Part shown: piece after piece, positions 1 through 8,441 of the stretch | How the letters are laid out: each line of letters begins with the position of its first letter | Numbering within the stretch: the first letter of the stretch is position 1 | Source: an uncultured Methylomirabilota bacterium | GTDB lineage: Bacteria; Methylomirabilota; Methylomirabilia; Methylomirabilales; 2-02-FULL-66-22 | Assembly (NCBI GenBank): GCA_963705305.1 | Contig: OY970067.1 | Span: 3,232,001-3,296,000 of the forward strand | Reading direction: 5' to 3' | Length of the DNA: 64,000 bases | Translations under genes and position numbers: made by a program | The notes under the pieces: generated by a model | Told to the model about the DNA's origin: nothing | The model's database searches: none | The model's input: the letters and a program-made list of their open reading frames with translations, nothing else

Positions 1-89
1 GGGTACAACATCCAGGCCGCCATGCTCGTGAATCCGGTCCCGAGAAGCACGTTCACGAAGCGGCGGCGAGACCTCTCCCCTGCCTGCAT
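1..89 (-). CDS. N-terminus of a Tat-signal protein, probably a Rieske Fe-S subunit (runs off the window)
   Basis: Manual translation MQAGERSRRRFVNVLLGTGFTSMAAWMLYP: twin-arginine SRRRF motif followed by a hydrophobic helix ending in LYP. A purine-rich RBS lies upstream. Confidence 0.5.
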   Translation of the reverse strand, partial: MQAGERSRRRFVNVLLGTGFTSMAAWMLY

Positions 90-337
90 CTCTCCCCCCT
101 CCTCAAGAGGTCCCTTATGCAGAATCCAGCAGCCGACGAGGCACTCCGCTGGCGTGGCATGACCGCCCTTGGTTCAGCCGCCCCACCGGGGAAAACCTCC
201 GCAAACTGGATGCGCTACAAAGCAGGTAGAGACAATCCGATTACCGGCAAAACATATGCTCAGCGTTCTCCAATGTCAAGACGAATGCTGGCTCGCAAAT
301 TGAATCACACCGCAAGGAACGCGCGCAAGGCCAGTGG

Positions 338-2152
338 CTAGGAGGCGCATTCACCCACACCGGTCGTGACGTGAAAGCCCTCGGTCCCGCCCCAGTCAAC
401 GTACATATCCGGCGCCTCAGTCGACGCAGGGAGTTCCGTTAAATCCTTCACCGCCTCTCGGATCCTGGACAGGCCCACCCGCTCCACGAATGCCTCGAAT
501 CGCTCCCCGGCCAGCCGCTCTGACCGGTATAGATCCAGCAGTCGCCCTACCACGCGGGGGGCGTTCTTCGCCGGCACCTTGAAGGCGGGGCGAGCGTACT
601 TGGTCCCGTCCAGTTGGAGCGCGGCACCCAGGAGGACCTGATAGGTTGGGGCCTGCTGCCCGTTGAATTCCTTCGCCCCGCCCGAGAACCCGATGCCGGC
701 GATGTGGTGGTGGCCGCAGGAATTCGGGCAGCCGGAGATCTTGATCTGCAGGCCCGCCTCATCTGCGAGATCGGCATAGGTGCTCTGAAGGAGCTCGCCT
801 ATGGCCCGGGCGAGTCCCCGGGACGAAGTGATTCCGAGTTGACACGTGTCCGAGCCGGGGCACGTCGTGATGTCGGCCAACCGATCCGCCGATGGCTCCG
901 CTAGGCCGACCGCCTTCAGGAGGCGGTAGACTGCCGCCACCTTGTCGGTCGGGATCCAGCGGAGGAGCACGTTTTGTTGGTTCGTCGTCCGGACCCACCC
1001 GTCGGCAAACTGCCGAGTCGCGAAGGCCAGGACACGGAGTTGCGGGGCGCTCACATCACCCAGCCGCAAGCGGACCGAGACCATGGAATACCCCGCCTGC
1101 TTCTGGGGGCGAATGTTGGTCGTCCACCAGCGCCGGAACTCGACATCCCCATTGGGCACCGGCGTCTGGGTGGCCGGCACCGGGACGGTCCGGGATCGCT
1201 CTGGAGGAACAACGATGGGGGGAATCTTCTCGGCCAGGACCGCCCGCAGCGCTTCGCGTTCCCGGCGGACGAGGTCCCGGACCTTCTCGATCCCGAGCTT
1301 CCGCACCACGAACTTGAACCGCGCAAGGTCGCGGCTGTCCCGGTTGCCGGTCCGGTCGAACACCCGGATGATCGCGGCGATCGTCACGAGCAGATCGTCG
1401 GCGGGCGTGAACTCCTCCAGGGGTTGGGCGACCTGGGGGGACGGGCCGAGGCCGCCGCCGATATAGAGTCGAAACCCCCGGCGCCCGGCGCCGTCCCCTT
1501 CGCGGTGAAGGGCCACCGCCCCGATGTCCTGGATGGCCGGAAGCGCGCAATGCTCCGGGCACCCGGAGAAGCTGATCTTGAACTTCCGCGGCAGGTTCTG
1601 ATTCACCGGGTTGCGCAGCAGGAACCGGGCTGTCGCCTCGGCGTACGGCGTCACGTCGAACGGCTCGGCGGGCGCTACGCCCGCGTGGGGACACGCCACC
1701 ACGTTACGGACCGTATTCCCGCAGGCCTCGCGCGTCGTCAGGCCCGCCTCGGCCAAATGCCGCAGCGTGTTCACCAGCGCGTCGGCTTTCACCGAGTGGA
1801 ACTGGAGATTCTGCCGCGTGGTCAGATGCCCGCGCCCGTGGGGGGTGCTGCCGGCCACCTCTGCCAGCCGCTCGAGCTGAGTCGCCGTCAGGCCGCCCCA
1901 GGGGATCTTCACCCGGACCATGTGCAGGCCATCCTGCCGCTGGCCGTACACGCCCTGCTGGAGGCGAAACCGTTTGAACTCGTCCGCACTGAGCTCCCCC
2001 CGCCAAAAGCGCTGGACGAAAAGATCGAACGTGTCAATCTCCCGTGCGTCCGCCCACGACCAGGGTTCGAGCGGACCCTGGCCTGGAAGCTCCTCGGGTT
2101 CCGGAATGTGCAGATGGCGAGCCTTGGTATTGGTGATCACATCTTCCCTCAT
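338..2152 (-). CDS. Ferredoxin-dependent sulfite/nitrite reductase (siroheme, 4Fe-4S)
   Basis: 604 aa. RLQQGVYGQR, HLTTRQNLQF, LPRKFKISFSGC, CPGSDTCQLG and IKISGCPNSCGHH motifs, with two NIR_SIR repeats. Confidence 0.92.
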   Translation of the reverse strand: MREDVITNTKARHLHIPEPEELPGQGPLEPWSWADAREIDTFDLFVQRFWRGELSADEFKRFRLQQGVYGQRQDGLHMVRVKIPWGGLTATQLERLAEVAGSTPHGRGHLTTRQNLQFHSVKADALVNTLRHLAEAGLTTREACGNTVRNVVACPHAGVAPAEPFDVTPYAEATARFLLRNPVNQNLPRKFKISFSGCPEHCALPAIQDIGAVALHREGDGAGRRGFRLYIGGGLGPSPQVAQPLEEFTPADDLLVTIAAIIRVFDRTGNRDSRDLARFKFVVRKLGIEKVRDLVRREREALRAVLAEKIPPIVVPPERSRTVPVPATQTPVPNGDVEFRRWWTTNIRPQKQAGYSMVSVRLRLGDVSAPQLRVLAFATRQFADGWVRTTNQQNVLLRWIPTDKVAAVYRLLKAVGLAEPSADRLADITTCPGSDTCQLGITSSRGLARAIGELLQSTYADLADEAGLQIKISGCPNSCGHHHIAGIGFSGGAKEFNGQQAPTYQVLLGAALQLDGTKYARPAFKVPAKNAPRVVGRLLDLYRSERLAGERFEAFVERVGLSRIREAVKDLTELPASTEAPDMYVDWGGTEGFHVTTGVGECAS

Positions 2153-2243
2153 CGTGTTCCCCCTTCAAACACAGAAGACCATCCCCGCACTCCGCGAGAA
2201 TGGCCTCCAGTTGTCTGGTCAGCCTAGATCTTGCCTGCGCCCG

Positions 2244-2414
2244 CTACACGAGCCGCAGCTTCTCCGTCTTGTCGATCTGGACCACCCGGGAATCCTGGAT
2301 GATGATCTGGACCTCCCCGTGGCGCACACTCTGGATTGCGGCGAGAATCTGCCGGACGATCTCGCCGGCGTCCAGAGGGGGTTTCGGTTGGAGGGTGGCT
2401 ATCTGAGCGCTCAT
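2244..2414 (-). CDS. YezD/DUF2292 family small protein (56 aa, not in the ORF track)
   Basis: Manual translation MSAQIATLQPKPPLDAGEIVRQILAAIQSVRHGEVQIIIQDSRVVQIDKTEKLRLV. The family signature is GxVxIxIQDxRVVQIxxTEKxR, and it often leads sulfur-assimilation operons. Confidence 0.85.
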   Translation of the reverse strand: MSAQIATLQPKPPLDAGEIVRQILAAIQSVRHGEVQIIIQDSRVVQIDKTEKLRLV

Positions 2415-2548
2415 AGTTTCCTCGCGGTTATCGGTTATGGGTCGCCGGATGACAGTGCGTCCTCGTCACGTCTGTCCCGAATGGGCGCCACTCCCTGGCG
2501 CCAGCGACAGATACATCGCATGCGACCCTCCAATCTCCGCGCGAAAGC

Positions 2549-2585
2549 AAAAACCCCTTCCCATCGCTCTGGATGAGAAGGGGTT
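2549..2585 (-). terminator. Intrinsic terminator of the riboswitch expression platform
   Basis: Minus strand AACCCCTTCTCATC-CAGAGC-GATGGGAAGGGGTT hairpin followed by a U tract. Its 5' arm can alternatively pair with GATGAGGAGGGG (2601-2612). Confidence 0.8.
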
Positions 2586-2600
2586 ACAGTGGGTTCTTTC

Positions 2601-2695
2601 CCCCTCCTCATCTCTCCCCGGCGGCGCGCGTTATCGCGACCAGATCGTTCGTCCGTCGGGGCAGGAGTTAGCACCCCGCGCCCCTTTCGGGGTCG
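2601..2695 (-). ncRNA. SAM-I (S-box) riboswitch, 3' half only (5' half missing at the IS1 junction)
   Basis: Minus strand CCCC-GAAA-GGGG..GGTGCTAACTCCTGCCCCG...CGGGGAGAGATGAGG matches the P3-3'/J3-4/P4/P1-3' consensus GGUGCYAAHUCC..RRAGAURAG. It lies upstream of a terminator and a sulfur-assimilation operon. Confidence 0.75.
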
Positions 2696-2733
2696 GGTAG
2701 TGTCCTAATTTGATTTTTGAGGGTAGATGAAGG

Positions 2734-3037
2734 CTAGTGTTTCGGGAAGAGATAATTGGCAACCACGTAAAGTACACCAAGAATATTGGCTGTTGTGCTT
2801 CCAATCGCAGCGAGTAGGACGGGGTCGGATAGCTTTATCCAGATGAATCCTTGGAAAAAGAGCAGCAGTGCAATGATGGAAACCCAAGCGCAGGCTAGAC
2901 AAAAAAACCGCTGAGAATATTTTTTTCTCTCCGCTATGTCTTGGCGTTGACCTTGGATGGATGGGGTCGATCGAGGACTTATCGTCTTTTGCGAGCTTGA
3001 GGAATTCATTGGCGACGGCAAGGGCTCCGTATGGCAT
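2734..3037 (-). pseudogene. Deletion-fused remnant: N-terminus of a Panacea/DUF4065-like antitoxin joined to the C-terminus of a small membrane protein
   Basis: MPYGALAVANEFLKLAKDDKSSIDP resembles the SocA/DUF4065 start and stops abruptly. Another frame continues RQDIAERKKYSQRFF..LSDPVLLAAIGSTTANILGVLYVVANYLFP. Confidence 0.55.
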
Positions 3038-3167
3038 TTTACTTACTCCTCACCACAAGAGCCGTTTTGGGAAGTCGCTCAAATAGCACCAGAACCGTGC
3101 GGTTTACGTGGACCAATCATATGTTTGGGTGAGCCGACTTGTCAACAGGAAAATGTTTACTGGCGAA

Positions 3168-3998
3168 CTAAGTGCCCGGGAGCAGGTCACCCAAGTCCCA
3201 CACGCGGTGCGTGATCCCCGCCGCCATAGCCGGCGTCACCCGCAGGGTCTTGTGAATCCGGCAGAAATTGTAGTACGCGAAATGCAGTGCAAGTGCCGCC
3301 TTCAGGTTCTCCAGCTTCTTGCTGAAAGCGTTCGTCAACCGCGTAAACCGGCGCATCATCATGCGCATCGTGAGGTTCTGCCGCTCGACATAGGACGTGC
3401 AGACATGCGCCGGATCGGGGTTCCCGTTGATCGTCGTGGATACCGTCTCCGTGACCCGTGGTGGGGAGTACCTCCCGTCGCCAGCGGGCTCGGCCCCGTA
3501 CAGCTTCACGAGCTGCGCGTAATCCACATCTGCCCCGAAGGCTTCCTCGACCGCCCCAATGTAGGCGTTCAGCCCATCCGTGGTCAACTGGATTCGGCCA
3601 TTCTCGGCAAGCCGTCGGCGCAGGTCCTCCATGAACGCCAGCGCCGTCTGCCCGTCGCGCTTCCCGACGAGGAAGGTCGGAATCAGCTTTGACTCGGCAT
3701 CCAGGGCGACGAACACGTACTGGTCGCCCCGCTCGGGATGCACCGTCCGGTCCTTCTCGGTCAATCGGCCCTCTTTCTTGAAGACGTAGCACCAGATTTC
3801 GTCCGCCTCGATGTGGCGGGAGTGAAATCCCTTCATTCGATCTTTAAGGATTCCCTGGCACCGCTCGCCGACTTCGATCAGGAGCCGCAGGATCGTATCC
3901 CGATGCACGCCGGTCATGCGCTCCGTGCTCCGGACGCTGTTCCCCTCGACTAGGGCCGCCAGGACGGCCAGCTTCTTTTCCAGCTTCAACGTGTTCAT
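3168..3998 (-). CDS. IS1-family DDE transposase
   Basis: N-terminal HTH (LVEGNSVRSTERMTGVHRDTI), IEADEIW, LTTDG, TSYVERQNLTMR and YYNFCRIHKTLRVTPAMAAG. Confidence 0.9.
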   Translation of the reverse strand: MNTLKLEKKLAVLAALVEGNSVRSTERMTGVHRDTILRLLIEVGERCQGILKDRMKGFHSRHIEADEIWCYVFKKEGRLTEKDRTVHPERGDQYVFVALDAESKLIPTFLVGKRDGQTALAFMEDLRRRLAENGRIQLTTDGLNAYIGAVEEAFGADVDYAQLVKLYGAEPAGDGRYSPPRVTETVSTTINGNPDPAHVCTSYVERQNLTMRMMMRRFTRLTNAFSKKLENLKAALALHFAYYNFCRIHKTLRVTPAMAAGITHRVWDLGDLLPGT

Positions 3999-4132
3999 GG
4001 GCCTTGCCTTTCTGTGGCGAAGGCCCTATATTGAGAATGGCTGGTCAAGCATCTCAATGGCCTTCGCGGGTTGTTGGGGTGTCAGCCGCCCCCGGGTCGC
4101 TTGGAACGGCTCGGGGGTTTTCTTTACCTATA

Positions 4133-4200
4133 AATATACATGAGCGGTCATGTAATGTCAAGAGAAAAAGCTTGACTTTACATGAGCGGTCATGTAAAAA
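4133..4200. promoter_or_regulatory. Back-to-back sigma70 promoters, each carrying the same palindromic operator across its spacer
   Basis: Minus strand TTGACA(4161-4156)-17 bp-TATATT(4138-4133). Plus strand TTGACT(4172-4177)-17 bp-TAAAAA(4195-4200). Identical TACATGA-GCGG-TCATGTA at 4137-4154 and 4179-4196. Confidence 0.8.
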
Positions 4201-4206
4201 AAATCT

Positions 4207-4374
4207 ATGAAGAAAAATCCACATGCTGTAGCATTGGGCCGACGTGGTGGCCTGAAGGGTGGCCCCGCACGCGCTAAAGCGCTATCACGCGAGCGGCTTA
4301 GCGAAATTGGAAGAAAAGCCGTTCAGGCGCGATGGGCTAAAGCGAAACTGGTAAAAGAAACAAATGGAACCTAG
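4207..4374 (+). CDS. Small basic KGG-motif protein (55 aa, not in the ORF track)
   Basis: MKKNPHAVALGRRGGLKGGPARAKALSRERLSEIGRKAVQARWAKAKLVKETNGT. The ATG is 7 nt after the -10 box (leaderless) and the ORF overlaps the next gene. Confidence 0.75.
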   Translation: MKKNPHAVALGRRGGLKGGPARAKALSRERLSEIGRKAVQARWAKAKLVKETNGT

Positions 4375-5125
4375 AATTGTAATCTCAATTAGTGGAGATA
4401 TTATACCACTGTCTGCGTTCATCGACGCGACATCGCATATACACTTTATCTTGAGCGATGTAGACAAACAGATAAGCGGAACGTCAACCTTGGTGTGGTC
4501 GGTTGAATCGCTTGGCAATTCAAGTAAGATTGTAGAGGCTGCCCCATATCTTATTCATGAAGATGGCGTTGATAATCGAGTCCGCATTGTGTCAGCTTTT
4601 GTAGAAGGAATGCAAAAGATTTCCCTTGATAAACCTGTACGCCCAAATTACTTTTCGGAAGACTCTCTTCTTAGGGCCAAATCCTTGGCAAATCTTCTCG
4701 ATGGATATGTGACTAGAATTTCTCTACGAGGAACGATTGAGGGGAAGTTGTCTGATTATATCCTTATCACTCAACGTGTGGCCGCCAACGTCGATGAATT
4801 GATTGGCATTCGTCGCACGTCCTTAGGGTCTATAGAAGGGAAAATGGAACTAATTTCCATACATGGAGGAACTTATTTCAATATATATGATCAGTTGAGT
4901 GGACGCAGAATTAAGTGTGTCTGCAACCGAGATCAATTGAATGAACTAACCTCAGCTCAGAATCTTGGCAGGCGCATTCTTGTGTATGGCGAGATCCGGG
5001 AGGATTCCTTCGGACAGGCCATCCAGATTAAATTGCAGCATCACCGATTTCTCCGTAATAGAGATGAGCTTCCTCAACCTAACGACCTGCGTGGCATCCT
5101 AGTTAATAATACTTCTGCGGGATAA
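4364..5125 (+). CDS. Hypothetical protein, probable partner of the downstream PIN nuclease
   Basis: 253-aa AT-rich ORF, 5 nt upstream of the PIN gene. The C-terminus is beta-rich (GSIEGKMELISIHGG..RILVYGEI). Confidence 0.75.
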   Translation: MEPRIVISISGDIIPLSAFIDATSHIHFILSDVDKQISGTSTLVWSVESLGNSSKIVEAAPYLIHEDGVDNRVRIVSAFVEGMQKISLDKPVRPNYFSEDSLLRAKSLANLLDGYVTRISLRGTIEGKLSDYILITQRVAANVDELIGIRRTSLGSIEGKMELISIHGGTYFNIYDQLSGRRIKCVCNRDQLNELTSAQNLGRRILVYGEIREDSFGQAIQIKLQHHRFLRNRDELPQPNDLRGILVNNTSAG

Positions 5126-5130
5126 ATCGG

Positions 5131-5592
5131 ATGACGCCGAAAAAGGAACGTCACTACTGGGATTCGTGCTGCTTTCTTGCTATACTAAATAATGAGCCGG
5201 AGTGCTCTGAATGCGAAGGGATTTTGAATGACGCTAAGGACGGAAAGGTCGATATAATTGTTTCTCCTCTCAGCATGTTAGAAGTGATACGCAGGAAAGG
5301 GGATCCGCTACCAATCTCTCGTGATAAAGCGCAGGCCATAACGAGTTTTTTTGAAAATGATTATATAATTATGAGAACAATTGATCGTTTGGTGGCCGAA
5401 ACCGGCAGGGAATTATGTTGGTCACATAAACTGAAGCCGATGGACGCACTCCATTTGGCAACTGCGTTGCTCACTGATTGCGATACACTCGAAACTCTTG
5501 ATCCTGATTTACTTCGACACCACCTCAAAATAGGAAATCCTCCCATTAAGATTCAAAAACCTCGCCGTGTTGGTCAAATCGAACTGATTTAA
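5131..5592 (+). CDS. PIN-domain (VapC-like) nuclease
   Basis: YWDSCCFLA, SMLEV, MDALHLATA and TLDPDL carry the acidic PIN residues. Confidence 0.85.
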   Translation: MTPKKERHYWDSCCFLAILNNEPECSECEGILNDAKDGKVDIIVSPLSMLEVIRRKGDPLPISRDKAQAITSFFENDYIIMRTIDRLVAETGRELCWSHKLKPMDALHLATALLTDCDTLETLDPDLLRHHLKIGNPPIKIQKPRRVGQIELI

Positions 5593-5616
5593 TCCCGTTC
5601 AAATTAGGACACTACC

Positions 5617-7341
5617 GCCCGCGAACTCGGCGTCGGCTTCAGTACGCTCGGGGCGTGGGTGCGCCGGTATCGCGCCGAGGGGGAAGCGGGCCTGCAGGCG
5701 AAGCCGACACGGCCGCACCGGCAGCGCCCGAAAGTGGCCCCGGCGGTGAAGGCGGAGGTCGTCGCCCTCAAGCGGCGCCACCCCGAGGCGGGGATCCAGA
5801 AGATCAGCCAGTTCCTGCGGCGCGTGCTGTGCCTGCCGGTGAGCCGGGAGACGGTGCGCCGCACCCTGCACGCGCACCAGCTCCTCAAGAAGCCACGCCC
5901 CAAACCCCAGCGGAACCCGGCCCGACCGCGCTTCTTCGAGCGCGCCACGCCGAACCAGCTCTGGCAGACCGACATCTTCACCTTCCGCCTGGGCGGCAAG
6001 AACGCTTACCTGATCGGCTTCCTCGACGACCACTCCCGCTACGTGGTGGGGCTGGACGTCTTCCGCAGCCAGACGGCGGAGCACGTCCTGGAAGTGTACC
6101 GCCGGGCGGTGGCGGAGTACGGGGTCCCCAAGGAGCTGCTCTCCGACCAGGGCCGGCAGTTCTCCAGCTGGCGCGGGACCACCCGGTTCGAGGCGGAGCT
6201 CCGGAAGGATCGGGTGCACCACATCAAGAGCCGCCCGCACCACCCCATGACCCTGGGCAAGCTGGAGCGCTTCTGGAAGACGATCTGGGAGGAGTTCCTG
6301 GCGCGCGCCCAGTTCGAGAGCTTCGAGGCGGCCGGCGAGCGGATCCGGCTCTGGGGGACGCACGACAACCACCGGCGGCCCCACCAGGCCCTGGAGGGGC
6401 TCTGCCCGGCGGATCGCTTCTTCGGCATCGCCCAGGAGCTCCGGCAGGTGATCGAGCGGGGCATCCAGGAGAACGTGCTCGAGCTCGCGCTCCGCGGGCA
6501 GCCCCAGAGCCCCTTCTACATGGTGGGCCGGCTGGGCGAGCAGTCGGTGGTGATCCGGGCGGAGAAGGGCCGCGTGAAGATGCTCGTCGATGGCGAGGAA
6601 TCGCGACCACAGCAGGAGGTGACCTACGACCTGGAAGGAGGAAGCCATGCCCCCCGAAGTGCGAGCCAAGAAGGAGCCGCTGCCGTATACTGCGCAGCAG
6701 CGGGTGCAGGCGGTGCTGTCGTTTTGGACCGAGCGGCGGCGCCCGGGGGAGGTCTGCCAGGAGCTGGCGATCAGCCCGAAGGTGCTCGCCCAGTGGGAAC
6801 AGCGGGCGCTAGCAGCGATGCTCCAGGCGCTGGCGGCGCCGACGCGCCGCGACCCGGGCCCCGCGCTGAGCCCGAAGCTGGAGCGGCTGCTCGCGCGGCA
6901 GGCCCTGCAGCAGCAGGGGCGGATGGCCCGGCTGGAGCAGCGGCTGGCCAAGCTCCAGGACCCGAAAGCCCCGCCGCCGACCAAGTAACCCATCCCCACG
7001 GGGCGGGAGGACCCTGCGATGCGCGATCCGACGGCCAGTCCCCACCAGCAAGCCCTGGCCCGGCAACGGGCGCAGCTGATCATGCAGGCGCGGAGCGGGG
7101 TGGTGAGTGCCCAGGAAGCCGCCCGGCAGCTGGGGGTCTCCCGCAAGACGGACTCCAAGTGGGAGCGCCGGGCCCTGGCGGCGATGGTCGCGGCCCTGGG
7201 CAACCGGGGCCAGGGGCGGTCGGCGCAGCCGCACGACCTGGAGAAGGCGGCCCTCCGACGCCAGACCCAGGAGCTGCAGGCCCAGCTCACCGTCCTGCAG
7301 CAGACGGAGCGGCTCCGGCAGGTGCTCGCGCAGCCGGATAA
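5617..7341 (+). pseudogene. IS481-family (rve) transposase lacking its N-terminus, with a long Ala/Gly tail overlapping downstream ORFs
   Basis: PNQLWQTDIF, FLDDHSRY, LLSDQGRQF, GKLERFWKT and NHRRPHQAL. The frame is open back to the IS1 boundary. Confidence 0.75.
6647..6988 (+). CDS. IS accessory HTH protein
   Basis: Preceded by the RBS GGAAGGAGG. YTAQQRVQAVL..EVCQELAIS..LAQWEQRALAAMLQAL. Confidence 0.65.
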   Translation: MPPEVRAKKEPLPYTAQQRVQAVLSFWTERRRPGEVCQELAISPKVLAQWEQRALAAMLQALAAPTRRDPGPALSPKLERLLARQALQQQGRMARLEQRLAKLQDPKAPPPTK

Positions 7342-7354
7342 AAAAAACCCCTGA
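7019..7354 (+). CDS. IS accessory HTH protein (OrfA-like)
   Basis: Preceded by GGGAGG. SAQEAARQLGVSRKTDSKWERRALAAMVAAL plus a coiled coil. Ends just after an A8 run. Confidence 0.7.
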   Translation: MRDPTASPHQQALARQRAQLIMQARSGVVSAQEAARQLGVSRKTDSKWERRALAAMVAALGNRGQGRSAQPHDLEKAALRRQTQELQAQLTVLQQTERLRQVLAQPDKKNP

Positions 7355-7364
7355 GGTGGCCGCC

Positions 7365-8429
7365 ATGGTGGTGACGACCCTCACCCAGCTGAAGCGAGAC
7401 GTGCGCTGGCCCTACCAGCACCTCTGCCGATTCCTCGGGGTGCCCTATGGGACCGTCCGGCGGTGGAAGCAGCGCCTGGCGCAGGGCCAGCCCGCCCGGT
7501 TCCCGCCAGGGCCCAAGAAGGTGGCCCCCCTGACCCTCGAGGAGCTGCGCGGGGAGGTAGCCCGCCTGCACCACGGCCGCCGGCGCAGCCGAGGCGTCGG
7601 GGCGGTGTACCGGCAGTTCCACCCGCAGGTCTCCCGCCGCACGCTGCAGGCGCTGACCGCGACGCTGCGGCGGCAGCGGGCCCAGCAGCGCCAGGCCGCC
7701 TGCCGCCACATCACCTGGCACGTACCCGGCTTGGTCTGGTCCCTGGACGACGCGGAACTGGCGCGAGGGAGTTCGCCTCTCCTGCGCCTCCAGCAGGTGC
7801 AGGATCTCGCCTCGCGCTATAAGTTCACACCCTGGGTGGGAGAGCGAATCTTCGGAGAATCCGTGGCTGCTCGGCTGGAACACCTGTTCGTGCAGTATGG
7901 ACCGCCGCTGGTGCTCAAGCGCGACAACGGCTCCAATCTCAATCAGCGAGCGGTCGATGAGGTGCTCGCCCGGTACCTCGTGATGCCGCTGAACTCACCA
8001 CCCCACTATCCGCCGTACAACGGCGGGATGGAACGTGCGGTCCGGGAACTGAAACCTCCGCTGGTGGCGAAGCTCCGCGCCAGCGGTCCAATTCCGGACT
8101 CCCAGGTGCAAGGCTGGGCGGAGGTGTTGGCGCACGAACTGAACCATTGCCCCCGCCGCTGCCTCGGGGGGCAAGTGGCCTGCCGGGTGTTCCAGGATGC
8201 AAGGCAAGCCCTGCAGGCGTATACTCGTCGCAAGCGAAGGGAGGTCTTCGATGAGATCAACGAACTGACCCGGACGCTTATCCGTGCCCGGGCGGTTCAT
8301 ACTCAGCGTCAAGCTGAAGTGGTCCGGCGTCTCGCGGTAGAAACTTGGTTACAAAACAACGGGGTCATAAGCATCACTCAGAACCACAGAGTGTTACCCG
8401 TTTTCCTCGAAGAAATCGCTCATAATTAG
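7365..8429 (+). CDS. Second DDE (rve) transposase/integrase
   Basis: VWSLDD, QDLASRY, LKRDNGS and YNGGMERAVRELK. ATG at 7365 follows GAGGTGG. Confidence 0.75.
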   Translation: MVVTTLTQLKRDVRWPYQHLCRFLGVPYGTVRRWKQRLAQGQPARFPPGPKKVAPLTLEELRGEVARLHHGRRRSRGVGAVYRQFHPQVSRRTLQALTATLRRQRAQQRQAACRHITWHVPGLVWSLDDAELARGSSPLLRLQQVQDLASRYKFTPWVGERIFGESVAARLEHLFVQYGPPLVLKRDNGSNLNQRAVDEVLARYLVMPLNSPPHYPPYNGGMERAVRELKPPLVAKLRASGPIPDSQVQGWAEVLAHELNHCPRRCLGGQVACRVFQDARQALQAYTRRKRREVFDEINELTRTLIRARAVHTQRQAEVVRRLAVETWLQNNGVISITQNHRVLPVFLEEIAHN

Positions 8430-8441
8430 GTTGGCCGCACA

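Larger units (their letters stand above)
2696..5616. mobile_element. IS1-family element with passenger genes
   Basis: Perfect 18-bp terminal inverted repeats GGTAGTGTCCTAATTTGA (2696-2713) and TCAAATTAGGACACTACC (5599-5616) enclose a transposase and AT-richer cargo. There is no target-site duplication. Confidence 0.88.
5617..8441 (+). mobile_element. 5'-truncated multi-ORF IS481-like element
   Basis: Starts mid-transposase right after the IS1 inverted repeat. Contains two DDE ORFs and two HTH ORFs. Ends CATAATTAGGTTGGCCGCACA (TGT-type terminus), where composition drops abruptly to AT-rich. Confidence 0.65.

Noticed and set aside
974..2227. Long antisense ORFs (also 14579-16639, 25964-27391, 42824-44539, 51016-52767, 58275-59678)
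   Set aside because: They are shadow frames of motif-bearing genes in high-GC DNA and have no recognisable domains.
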